From assembly GCA_963667035.1 (NCBI GenBank), contig OY762964.1, positions 896,001 through 960,000 on the forward strand: a DNA stretch of 64,000 nt. Reading direction: 5' to 3'. Shown here piece by piece: positions 9,811 through 18,746 of this stretch. Within the stretch, counting starts at the first letter, position 1; every line of letters begins with the position of its first letter. Made by a program: the position numbers and the translations under genes. The notes beneath the pieces are model-generated. The model worked only from the letters and a program-made list of their open reading frames with translations. It had not been told where the DNA came from and searched no databases. This DNA comes from Candidatus Cloacimonadales bacterium (lineage in GTDB: Bacteria > Cloacimonadota > Cloacimonadia > Cloacimonadales > JAFGVF01).

Positions 9811-10204
9811 TAAACGTCATCCTAACTATAGTGTAACTGATAAGAAAGGTTAAAGCACTTATTAAGAATCCAAATATCAGAAGGGACTTGGAGAAATCTG
9901 CTTTTTCTGCATAACGATAAATCTCTAACCAAACAAATAGATTAAGAGCTCCCGCATAAGTATTTGCTTTGTTTCTGATTTTCATAGTCAATTCGTCGTC
10001 GTCAGGTTCTCCAGTTCTCTTATTTTTGTATGCTATAAATGCTCCGTAAATGATGACAACTAAACCCGTGATTAGGTAAACAGTCTCTAAAAAGCTTGTT
10101 TTATCAAGCATTCCACTTACTTCAATAACTTTTAATAATACAGCCATCACTATCTGGTGTACTAATACTACTACTCCGACTAATACTAATTTCTTTGCTT
10201 TCAT
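9794..10204 (-). CDS. DUF2178-like membrane protein
   Basis: 4 TM with DDELT.KIRNKA motif; overlaps the XRE gene, a common pairing. Confidence 0.7.
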   Translation of the reverse strand: MKAKKLVLVGVVVLVHQIVMAVLLKVIEVSGMLDKTSFLETVYLITGLVVIIYGAFIAYKNKRTGEPDDDELTMKIRNKANTYAGALNLFVWLEIYRYAEKADFSKSLLIFGFLISALTFLISYTIVRMTFNENKN

Positions 10205-10216
10205 ATCTTCACCTTA

Positions 10217-10255
10217 TGTTATAAATATATAACAAGATGTTAGAAATAGTTAATA
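10217..10255 (-). promoter_or_regulatory. Tandem palindromic operator (likely XRE autorepression)
   Basis: TGTTATA-aata-TATAACA (10217-10234) and an imperfect copy 21 bp away (10238-10255), next to a minus-strand TTGACT at 10258-10263. Confidence 0.6.
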
Positions 10256-10457
10256 ATAGTCAAGAAGAAAATTATGTAATGTTTCTTTATCCTCCTGGAG
10301 ATACAATCCTTTTTAGGATATATCGGGAGTAATAAGAAGAGTGTGTAAACTTCAATTTGTTATCAAGTACTTTTAAAATGCAATACTGGGATTTGTGGAT
10401 CGTGATTTCTATAAAACATTTGACAAACAGCATCGTTAAAATATAGATGACTCAATT

Positions 10458-10568
10458 CTGTTTTCGGGGCTGGGTGAAATTCCCGACCGGTGGTAAAGTC
10501 CACGAGCCGAAAGGTTGAATTGGTGAAATTCCAATACCGACAGTTAAAGTCTGGAGGAGAGAAAACAG
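10458..10568 (+). ncRNA. FMN riboswitch (RFN element)
   Basis: ttcggggctgggtgaaattcccgaccggtggtaaagtccacga...ggtgaaattcc...ccgacagttaaagtctgga; P1 ctgttttc/gaaaacag; directly upstream of ribD. Confidence 0.97.
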
Positions 10569-10608
10569 TTCTTAACTCGTTCCAAGCCCCGGTGCGAGGT
10601 TTTTTATT

Positions 10609-11700
10609 ATGTGCAAAAAATTTATGAAACGAGCCCTTGAACTTGCAAAAGAGTTTGAAGGACGTACAACTCCCAATCCGATGGTAGGAGCCGTATTGGT
10701 AAAAGACGGTGTAATTATCGGAGAAGCAGCTCACCACAAAGCAGGTGAACCCCATGCGGAGGTTAATGCAATTAACAGTGCAACCTGCTCCCCTTCCGGT
10801 TCAACCCTTTATGTCACCTTAGAGCCATGTTCTCATTACGGGAAAACACCACCTTGTGCTGATTTGATTATCAAATCGGAGATTGCTGAAGTTTATGTAG
10901 CGATGACTGATCCTAATCCTCTTGTAAATGGAAAAGGGATTAAGAAGATGCAAGATGCAGGGATAGTAGTACACGTGGGATTATTGGAAAGTGAAGCTGA
11001 GCAGTTAAACGAAGTCTTTATCCATAACGTCACAAAGAAAAGGGCTCATTTTGCTTTGAAAACTGCGATAAGTTTAGACGGCAAAATTGCTACTTCCGGA
11101 ATGGATTCCAAATGGATAACATGCGAAGCTTCCCGTAAGGAAACTCATCGACTTAGAAGTATTTATGATGCAATTCTTGTTGGTAAGAATACCTTTATCA
11201 AGGATAATCCTTCCTTGAACATCAGATTTGATTATCAAGTCATGAAAGAACCCGATAAAATAATCTTGGTAGATAAGTGGGAATGGGAGAAAGATGTCAT
11301 TGTTTCAAGCAATGCTTATCAAACACTTAGCACCAACAAGCTCTACTTTGCCGTGCCACTTTCCGAAATTGAAAAGGCAAGGTCTATTACAAAGCTAATT
11401 GATAAAGTAGATATTATTCCATTCAATAGTTTTAGCGATTTGCCGGAAATACTATATGATATTGGTGTAATGAGTGTGTTCATTGAAGGTGGAAGTGGAG
11501 TTTACAATAGTTCTGTTAAAGTAGGAATGATTAATAAATACTATTTGTTTAATGCCCCGATACTACTTGGCAATGAAGGAATAGGTTGGAGTGGAAATCT
11601 TGGTATTGCCACTGTGAAAGATAGCATAAGATTAAAAATAGCTAAAGTAATTCGGTTTGATACCGATACATTAACTATTTTGTATCCTGAGGAGAACTAA
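10609..11700 (+). CDS. ribD: Riboflavin biosynthesis deaminase/reductase
   Basis: PNPMVGAV, HAE, TLEPCSHYGKTPPC, SLDGKIA, IEGG. Confidence 0.97.
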   Translation: MCKKFMKRALELAKEFEGRTTPNPMVGAVLVKDGVIIGEAAHHKAGEPHAEVNAINSATCSPSGSTLYVTLEPCSHYGKTPPCADLIIKSEIAEVYVAMTDPNPLVNGKGIKKMQDAGIVVHVGLLESEAEQLNEVFIHNVTKKRAHFALKTAISLDGKIATSGMDSKWITCEASRKETHRLRSIYDAILVGKNTFIKDNPSLNIRFDYQVMKEPDKIILVDKWEWEKDVIVSSNAYQTLSTNKLYFAVPLSEIEKARSITKLIDKVDIIPFNSFSDLPEILYDIGVMSVFIEGGSGVYNSSVKVGMINKYYLFNAPILLGNEGIGWSGNLGIATVKDSIRLKIAKVIRFDTDTLTILYPEEN

Positions 11701-12341
11701 TGTTTACAGGTATAATAGAAGAAATAGGGAAAGTTAAAAGCTTCTCGCAAGGTTCGGATGCATGTATTATAGAAATCTGTGCCGAAAGAGTCTTGGAAGA
11801 GACTAAGATTGGTGACAGTATATCTGTAAATGGGATATGTTTGACGGTTATAGGTTTGGGGATTGATAGTTTTACTGCGGATGTAATGCCTGTAACAATC
11901 GAGAAATCATCTTTAAAAGGAGTTGCTCCCGGAATGGAAGTTAATCTTGAAAGAGCACTTACTCCTTCAACAAGAATGGGTGGTCATATTGTATCAGGAC
12001 ATGTTGATGCAGTTGGGACTATAATATCAGTAAAGACTCTAGGCAATGCAGTGCTGTATGGAATTGAGGTTGAGACCGATGTGATAAAATTTATGATACC
12101 AGAGGGTTCAATAGCAATAGACGGAATTAGTTTAACGATTGCCGAGTTATCCGACAGAGTTGTTACAGTGTCAATTATACCCACTACCAGAAAAGAAACA
12201 GTTTTACAGTACAAAGAAGTGGGCGATAAGGTTAATATAGAAAGTGATGTGATTGGTAAATATGTCTGGTATCAGACAAATAATGAACGAGAAGAAAGTA
12301 AGATTACAAAATCATTCTTGGCAGAGAACGGATTTATATAG
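11700..12341 (+). CDS. ribE: Riboflavin synthase (alpha subunit)
   Basis: MFTGIIEEIG N-terminus, GDSISVNGICLTV, GGHIVSGHVD. Confidence 0.97.
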   Translation: MFTGIIEEIGKVKSFSQGSDACIIEICAERVLEETKIGDSISVNGICLTVIGLGIDSFTADVMPVTIEKSSLKGVAPGMEVNLERALTPSTRMGGHIVSGHVDAVGTIISVKTLGNAVLYGIEVETDVIKFMIPEGSIAIDGISLTIAELSDRVVTVSIIPTTRKETVLQYKEVGDKVNIESDVIGKYVWYQTNNEREESKITKSFLAENGFI

Positions 12342-12354
12342 GTTAGGAGTAGAG

Positions 12355-13590
12355 ATGGAAGAAATTAAATTAAACACAATTGATGAAGCAATTGAAGATA
12401 TAAAGCAAGGAAAATTAATAATTGTTGTTGATGATGAAGATAGAGAAAACGAAGGTGACTTTGTTATGGCAACTGAATTGGTTACACCCGAAGCTGTAAA
12501 TTTCATGATTACACATGGTAAGGGACTTGTCTGTGTCTCTATGCCGGAACAGGAGCTTACACGATTAGGTATTGACCTGATGGTTTCAAAGAATTCCGAT
12601 TCCTTTAAAACAGCTTTTACAACTTCTGTAGACCATGTTACAACAAAAACGGGAATCTCAGCTTTTGAAAGAGCCGAAACACTTAAACAGTTAACTAATC
12701 CCGAATCAAAACCGGCTGATTTTAATCGTCCCGGACACATATTTCCGCTACAAGTTCAACACGGGGGAGTGTTATCTCGTCCCGGACATACGGAAGCATC
12801 TTCAGATTTAGCTAAAATGGCGGGATTATTCCCTTCCGGGACTATATGCGAAATAGTTAATCCGGATGGAACTATGGCAAGATTGCCTCAGATTATGAAG
12901 TATGCTAAAGAATGGAATTTGAAAGTTGTATCCGTTGCTGAATTGATAGATTACATTAAGAAGAATAATGTAAAACTATATTCAGAGAGAAAATACGATG
13001 CAAGACTGCTAGCCGAGTCAACTCTTCCTACTGCTTTTGGTGAGTTCAATCTTTTTGCATTTGATAACTTTGGTTCCGACGAACCTAATTTAGCCTTGAT
13101 TAAAGGAAATCCGTCAGACTTTAAAGATGATGTATTAGTTAGAGTTCATTCCGAGTGCTTTACAGGAGATATATTTGCCTCAAGCAGGTGTGATTGCGGT
13201 GCTCAGTTACACGAATCAATGAGAAGAATCCAGGAAGCAGGACAAGGAATGATAATCTACTTGCGTCAAGAGGGTAGAGGTATCGGGCTTGTAAATAAGA
13301 TAAGAGCTTATAAGCTACAAGAAGGTGGCTATGATACTGTTGAAGCGAATCATAAGTTAGGATTTGCTTCCGACTTAAGAGATTTCAAATCCGCTGCCGA
13401 TATTTTAAAGTTCTTCGGAGTTAACAGCATCAGATTGTTAACCAATAATCCCCTAAAAATTAAAGATCTGGAAAAGCATGGTATAAAGGTAACAAGTAGA
13501 GAAGAAATTGAGATACCGGCTCATCACGGTAACCATAACTATTTGAAAACAAAAAAAGAAAAAATGAATCATATATTGAAACTTGTATAG
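12355..13590 (+). CDS. ribBA: Bifunctional DHBP synthase / GTP cyclohydrolase II
   Basis: [54 protein letters not shown] before ATG 12355. Confidence 0.97.
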   Translation: MEEIKLNTIDEAIEDIKQGKLIIVVDDEDRENEGDFVMATELVTPEAVNFMITHGKGLVCVSMPEQELTRLGIDLMVSKNSDSFKTAFTTSVDHVTTKTGISAFERAETLKQLTNPESKPADFNRPGHIFPLQVQHGGVLSRPGHTEASSDLAKMAGLFPSGTICEIVNPDGTMARLPQIMKYAKEWNLKVVSVAELIDYIKKNNVKLYSERKYDARLLAESTLPTAFGEFNLFAFDNFGSDEPNLALIKGNPSDFKDDVLVRVHSECFTGDIFASSRCDCGAQLHESMRRIQEAGQGMIIYLRQEGRGIGLVNKIRAYKLQEGGYDTVEANHKLGFASDLRDFKSAADILKFFGVNSIRLLTNNPLKIKDLEKHGIKVTSREEIEIPAHHGNHNYLKTKKEKMNHILKLV

Positions 13591-13601
13591 TGGAGGATAA
13601 A

Positions 13602-14066
13602 ATGGCAAATGTAATTGAAGGAAAACTGATAGGAAAAGGTTTAAAAATCGCTATTGTATGCGGTAGATTTAATGAGTTTATATCATCAAAGCTTTTAAGC
13701 GGTGCAATGGATGCATTGGTTCGTCATGATGTTAATGAAGCTGATATAGATGTGCTTTGGGTTCCCGGTTCTTTTGAGATACCTTTAGCAGCTCTGAAAG
13801 CAGCTTCAACTAAAAAGTATGATGCAATAATCTGTCTTGGGGCAGTAATTAAAGGTGCTACACCACACTTTGATTATGTATCTGCAGAAGTAAGCAAAGG
13901 AATTGCAAAAGTTATGATGGAGTACTCTATACCTGTAAGTTTTGGCGTACTTACTACTAATACAATAGAACAAGCAATTGAAAGAGCAGGAACCAAAGCC
14001 GGAAACAAAGGCTGGGATAGTGCAGTTAGTGCTATCGAAATGGCAAACTTGCTCAAAAACATGTAA
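13602..14066 (+). CDS. ribH: 6,7-dimethyl-8-ribityllumazine synthase
   Basis: [36 protein letters not shown]. Confidence 0.97.
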   Translation: MANVIEGKLIGKGLKIAIVCGRFNEFISSKLLSGAMDALVRHDVNEADIDVLWVPGSFEIPLAALKAASTKKYDAIICLGAVIKGATPHFDYVSAEVSKGIAKVMMEYSIPVSFGVLTTNTIEQAIERAGTKAGNKGWDSAVSAIEMANLLKNM

Positions 14067-14077
14067 TAAAGCTATTA

Positions 14078-14107
14078 GGGATGTTCGTTAAGAGCATCCC
14101 GTATTTT
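14078..14107 (+). terminator. Hairpin after the rib operon
   Basis: gggatgttc/gagcatccc stem followed by gtatttt. Confidence 0.55.
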
Positions 14108-14115
14108 GGTGTAAT

Positions 14116-14853
14116 ATGATTTTTAATAGAACAGAAATGCTCTTTGGAAAGGAAGCTGTCGGTAAGTTCAAAGAAGTTAAAGTCGCTGTATTCGGATTGG
14201 GAGGAGTAGGATCTTATGCTTGCGAGAGTCTTGCCAGAAGCGGTTTTATGAAATTTGTCCTTATTGATTTTGATACTGTCGATATAACTAACATAAACAG
14301 ACAGAACATTGCACTTCATTCTACTTTAGGGAAAGCAAAGACAGAGGTCATGTGTGAACGCCTATTAGATATAAATCCCGATTGTGAGATTGAGCTTTTC
14401 AATGAGTTTGCTGATGTGAATACTCGCAATAAGATGCTATCTAATGGTGTAGACTTTGTAGTTGATGCAATTGATAGTTTGAATCCCAAAGTCGGACTTC
14501 TGGAAGATGTATACAATCTTGGAATCCCAATCATTAGCTCAATGGGTGCCGGGAATAGAATTGATCCTGCTATGGTCAGATTGGATGATGTTTTTAAGTC
14601 TCAGAACTGTCCCTTAGCTTCAAGAGTACGAAAATACTTAAGAAGAAGAGGTATCACAAGCGGAATACCATGTGTATATTCAACAGAAAAACCGGTGACA
14701 TTAGAGCTTGAGAATGATGCAAAGAATGAAGTTAGCAGAGGAAGGCAACGTGTACCTGTAGGTTCGGTTTCATATATGACTGCGATTATGGGATTGTGGG
14801 TGTCATCTTATGTTATTAGAACTATTGCTGAGAAATTGGGGAGTTCTGAATAA
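14116..14853 (+). CDS. tcdA: tRNA threonylcarbamoyladenosine dehydratase (ThiF family)
   Basis: GLGGVGS, DFDTVDITNINRQ, VDAID, SSMGAG, CPLASRVRKYLR. Confidence 0.9.
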   Translation: MIFNRTEMLFGKEAVGKFKEVKVAVFGLGGVGSYACESLARSGFMKFVLIDFDTVDITNINRQNIALHSTLGKAKTEVMCERLLDINPDCEIELFNEFADVNTRNKMLSNGVDFVVDAIDSLNPKVGLLEDVYNLGIPIISSMGAGNRIDPAMVRLDDVFKSQNCPLASRVRKYLRRRGITSGIPCVYSTEKPVTLELENDAKNEVSRGRQRVPVGSVSYMTAIMGLWVSSYVIRTIAEKLGSSE

Positions 14854-15196
14854 AAGAGGGAGTTGGTCAGCTTCGGGACATAGCTTTTAGCCAAGATTGG
14901 CATGAGAGGAAAAGATTTCCGGGAATTGCAAATAGTCAGTAGCACGAGTCTTTAAGAACAATAGTGAGTTCGACTCCAAATGTACATACAAAGAAATGTG
15001 TATTGATGAAATGATAATGAATGATTAGAATTAATAAACCAATGCTTAGGTGTTGGTCTATTTCATATTTATGTTTAGATACTGTTTTGTGTTGTGTAAT
15101 CCCAAACTATATATGAATGAGTATTTAGTATTAACTTTTCCTTGACGTTTAGAATTAGCTTTGTTAATGCATATCTAAATCACTTAAGAGGGAAAC

Positions 15197-16243
15197 ATGA
15201 AAAAACTTATTCTTATCTGTTTGCTCAGTCTCATTCTATTAGGATTGGGTGCTAATACTTCTATTAGAGATATTAGGTTTGGTTACTATGATTTTGGTGC
15301 AAGAATAGTTATTGAAACAGATGCTACTACCGATTATAGTTATGATGTTGTTAACAGTGAGTTGAAGTTAAGGATTAATTCCAAGTCATCTCAAGCTATC
15401 TCTGAGATTAAACCTAAAACAAAGTTTATAGATGCTTTTCAGGTTAGTGGAGATGACTCTGAAACATATATCACGGTTGGAACCAGATTTTTAAGAAGAC
15501 CAAGTATTTTTACTCTTTCAGGCAAGCCTTTTAAGATAGTTATCGACTTATTATGTGAGCCTTCTAAAAATGCCTATACAAACGATTTAGGTATTGCAAA
15601 ATATCTTATGAATCTTGGAATGAGAAAACAAGCCGGTGATGAGTTCGAGAAGATAGAGCAAAACTATCCGGATAAAAAAGACTTTTATTTCTATTATGCT
15701 ATGAATGATTTGAAACTATCTAATAAAGATGATGCGATAAATCATTTTAAAATGGTAGAGTCTGATGATAGAAACTATCCTGAAGTTGTTAATAATCTGA
15801 AAAAACTGGGTGTTAATATTCCTGAAAAAACAGAACGAGTTGCAGACGTTCCGGTTCCGGAAGTTAAAGAGGTTGAAGAAACTTTAGCAATGGATGTGCC
15901 TGTTGAGATTCAGAAGGAGAGAGTTAATCAATTAGAAGATATAAGTGATTCTACTTCCGTTATAGACCCGTCATTCTTTAAGTCACCTTTCTGGTATCTT
16001 ACCTTAGTTTTATTCATTATCGTTGCTGGTTCTACTATTTTCTTCTTTATTAGAAAAAGTGCTTTTAAATCCAAGTTTGATGAGTCGGACATAAAGTTCA
16101 ATAGTGCTCATGACCTCCAAAGCAAACAAGATGCTATTAGAAAACTCTATAACCAAGGTTGGAGTGTTAAAGCCATATCTAAAGAATTGAATGTAGACCA
16201 GGAAGATGTATATCTGACAATTGAAGACGATCAAAAGGTATAA
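15197..16243 (+). CDS. Membrane-anchored protein: signal peptide, AMIN-like domain, TPR-like region, TM, cytoplasmic HTH-like tail
   Basis: IRFG....RIVIE and P.KIVID AMIN-like motifs; TM near aa 265-285; LYNQGWSVKAISKELN. Confidence 0.65.
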   Translation: MKKLILICLLSLILLGLGANTSIRDIRFGYYDFGARIVIETDATTDYSYDVVNSELKLRINSKSSQAISEIKPKTKFIDAFQVSGDDSETYITVGTRFLRRPSIFTLSGKPFKIVIDLLCEPSKNAYTNDLGIAKYLMNLGMRKQAGDEFEKIEQNYPDKKDFYFYYAMNDLKLSNKDDAINHFKMVESDDRNYPEVVNNLKKLGVNIPEKTERVADVPVPEVKEVEETLAMDVPVEIQKERVNQLEDISDSTSVIDPSFFKSPFWYLTLVLFIIVAGSTIFFFIRKSAFKSKFDESDIKFNSAHDLQSKQDAIRKLYNQGWSVKAISKELNVDQEDVYLTIEDDQKV

Positions 16244-16248
16244 GCTAA

Positions 16249-17232
16249 TTGAGAGTATTAATTATCAGGATGAGTTCTCTGGGAGATATAATCCTAACGG
16301 AACCGATTACAGCACTTGTTAAGTCTCAATATCCTGATTCTGTGATAGAGTATCTTACTAAACCGACATTTAAAGAACTAGTTGAAATGTTCCCTCATGT
16401 AGATAAAGTTCATACGGAATACAAAGATATTGCATATCTAAAGAAGTTAGGACATTTTGATTATGCAATTGATTTGCATGGAAAGCTGAGTTCTTATATT
16501 GCTATAAAAGCAGTTAGAGCGAAGCAGAAATACACTTATAAGAAACAGCATTTCCTTAGACAAGCTATAGTTGCAAAGAGAACCGATAGAACAATAGGCT
16601 CAACAATTGATTTATATGCAACTGCTGTTTCATCTTTTGTTAATACGAAAGAGATGCCCTTTCCTAAACTTATAGTACCCGCAAGAAAACGTAACAATGA
16701 AAGAGATGTGAATCTCAGAGTTGGGGTGTTTCCGGGAGCTAGCTTCAACACAAAGCGTTGGCTGACAGAATATTTCAAAACAACTATAGATAAACTTATC
16801 AGTGAAGACGGAGTTGAAATAACTTTACTTGGATCAAAAGATGAGTACGATTTATGTAGCTCTATAGCCAAAATGAATCCCTCAAGATGTGAGAATAAAG
16901 CAGGAGAGTTTAGCTTTAGGCAACTAGCAGAAGAAGTAGATAAATTTGATTTATTGATAACAAATGATAGTGGACCGATGCACTTAGCATCAGCTTTATC
17001 AAAACCATTGATTGCTATTTTTGGTGCAACACATCCAAAACTCGGTTTTGCTCCTTTAAATGATAAAGCGATTGTGTTGACTAAAGATTATCCTTGCCAG
17101 CCTTGCTCATTGCATGGGGGCGATAGATGTCCTCTTAAGCATTTCAGGTGTATGCAGGATATTAAGCCTAATGAAGTTTTAAAAGCAGTTAGAAAACTGA
17201 TTGGAGTTATTGATGCTGAAAGAAACAGTTAA
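16249..17232 (+). CDS. Glycosyltransferase family 9 (LPS heptosyltransferase-like)
   Basis: RMSSLGDIILT, PGASFNTKRW, NDSGPMHLA. Confidence 0.92.
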   Translation: MRVLIIRMSSLGDIILTEPITALVKSQYPDSVIEYLTKPTFKELVEMFPHVDKVHTEYKDIAYLKKLGHFDYAIDLHGKLSSYIAIKAVRAKQKYTYKKQHFLRQAIVAKRTDRTIGSTIDLYATAVSSFVNTKEMPFPKLIVPARKRNNERDVNLRVGVFPGASFNTKRWLTEYFKTTIDKLISEDGVEITLLGSKDEYDLCSSIAKMNPSRCENKAGEFSFRQLAEEVDKFDLLITNDSGPMHLASALSKPLIAIFGATHPKLGFAPLNDKAIVLTKDYPCQPCSLHGGDRCPLKHFRCMQDIKPNEVLKAVRKLIGVIDAERNS

Positions 17233-18304
17233 TGTTCCACCTTCCAGAATTATCGAAGTTGGTAATCTTGTAAAGAAGCTAACTCAAGAAACCGGTAAGG
17301 AATACTTAGCTCTAAATAGGGGAGTGAATGCTGTTGTACCAATAGATCTTGATAAACTTGTGAAAGAGATGAATCTTAATGATGGACTTTTACAGAATTA
17401 TCCTGTATCTCATGGAGCAGAATTCTTCAAGAAAGCTGTCATAGAAGAGTATTTTGATTCAAGAACAACAAGTGATATGATTACTGTTACATCAGGTGCT
17501 ATAAGTGCTTTGGATTTAATTTTTAGGGTAAACAGCCCGACAACTATATATCTCCCTGAATTGTTTTGGGGACCTTATAAGTATCTAGCCGAGTTAAACG
17601 GTCATGCGATTGAACACTATAAATGTTTAGATAGAGAGTTTCCTGATGATTCATTGTTAATAATCTGTGACCCAAATAATCCAACCGGTTCAAAATACGA
17701 TGATGAGTATCTCTTTGATAGTTTAATGCGGATAACTTCAAAGGGGACACTTGTTGTTTTCGATAGTCCTTACAGAAGAATGAGAAGAGATAGAACAGAC
17801 CTTTTCTTCCAGAGAATATCTGATTTTAAGAATCTGGTTATTGTTGAGTCATTCAGTAAATCTCTAGGTATTCCCGGATTGCGGATTGCCTTTGTAAGAA
17901 CCTTGGATAGAGAGTTAACAAAAGCGATAAGAACTCGTCTGACTTACGGGTTTAGCGGTGTCAATATGTTTGCTCAAATGGTGGTTGCAAATCTTCTGAC
18001 TACAACTAATGGCAGAGAAATTGTTAAAGAGTTTAAAGATAATACAAACACCGAGATTATCAAAAACATTGATTGGCTAGAAAAACACGATATGTTGGAA
18101 AACTCTTTGTATAGTCAAGCTCCTGACGGTATTTTTGCCGTAATCAATAAATCTGAGGAGTATTTGTTAAGCAATAGAATCGGTTCTGTCACGCTTGATT
18201 TCTTCACTGCTATTTCGGAGCTAAAGGAAAGATATTCAAATTCATCCCGCATCTGTATATCTGTTCCCCATAAAAAGTTTGTCGAATTTTTCTCTAAATT
18301 ATAG
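17213..18304 (+). CDS. PLP-dependent aminotransferase class I/II
   Basis: PNNPTG, DSPY, SFSKSLGIPGLRI. Confidence 0.85.
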   Translation: MLKETVNVPPSRIIEVGNLVKKLTQETGKEYLALNRGVNAVVPIDLDKLVKEMNLNDGLLQNYPVSHGAEFFKKAVIEEYFDSRTTSDMITVTSGAISALDLIFRVNSPTTIYLPELFWGPYKYLAELNGHAIEHYKCLDREFPDDSLLIICDPNNPTGSKYDDEYLFDSLMRITSKGTLVVFDSPYRRMRRDRTDLFFQRISDFKNLVIVESFSKSLGIPGLRIAFVRTLDRELTKAIRTRLTYGFSGVNMFAQMVVANLLTTTNGREIVKEFKDNTNTEIIKNIDWLEKHDMLENSLYSQAPDGIFAVINKSEEYLLSNRIGSVTLDFFTAISELKERYSNSSRICISVPHKKFVEFFSKL

Positions 18305-18746
18305 TAAAATCCTTCTGCTATTATATAGTACACTCAATAACAAAAGTTATTATTCTAAGTGTTTTTATAAAACATTATTTACCCTTCGGTTGGATAGTTT
18401 AATAACATTAGATTTTCTAATCGGCAATTATCTAAGCTTTGATGGTGCTAACTACTTGATAAGAATAACAAGCGAGATGCTTGAGAAAATGTACGATTTT
18501 AGATTACAAATAATTCAACAAAATTGAAACCAACTATTAATCCTCACTCAAATTTATATCCCAATTCCAAGCAATAGTAATTCTAAATTGAGATGTAATA
18601 CTAAAAACAACTCTATTTATTTATCACAACATTGTTTGCACGTTCTTAATAATCTCAATGAATTCATAAGCTTTTATTGACAAGCAAATTGGCTTTCCAA
18701 AAATGGTCTTCAAATTGTTAAAAAATACCTAATACGGGGGAATAAT

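Noticed and set aside
10363..10755. 130-aa minus-strand ORF and the many other short antisense or nested ORFs in the track
   Set aside because: Shadow frames of the riboswitch and of well-supported genes
14964..14980. GTTCGACTCC resembling a tRNA/tmRNA T-loop
   Set aside because: No 5-bp T-stem, acceptor stem or CCA end
18279..18527. 82-aa ORF between the aminotransferase and fusA
   Set aside because: No RBS or recognisable motif; likely a chance ORF in AT-rich intergenic DNA
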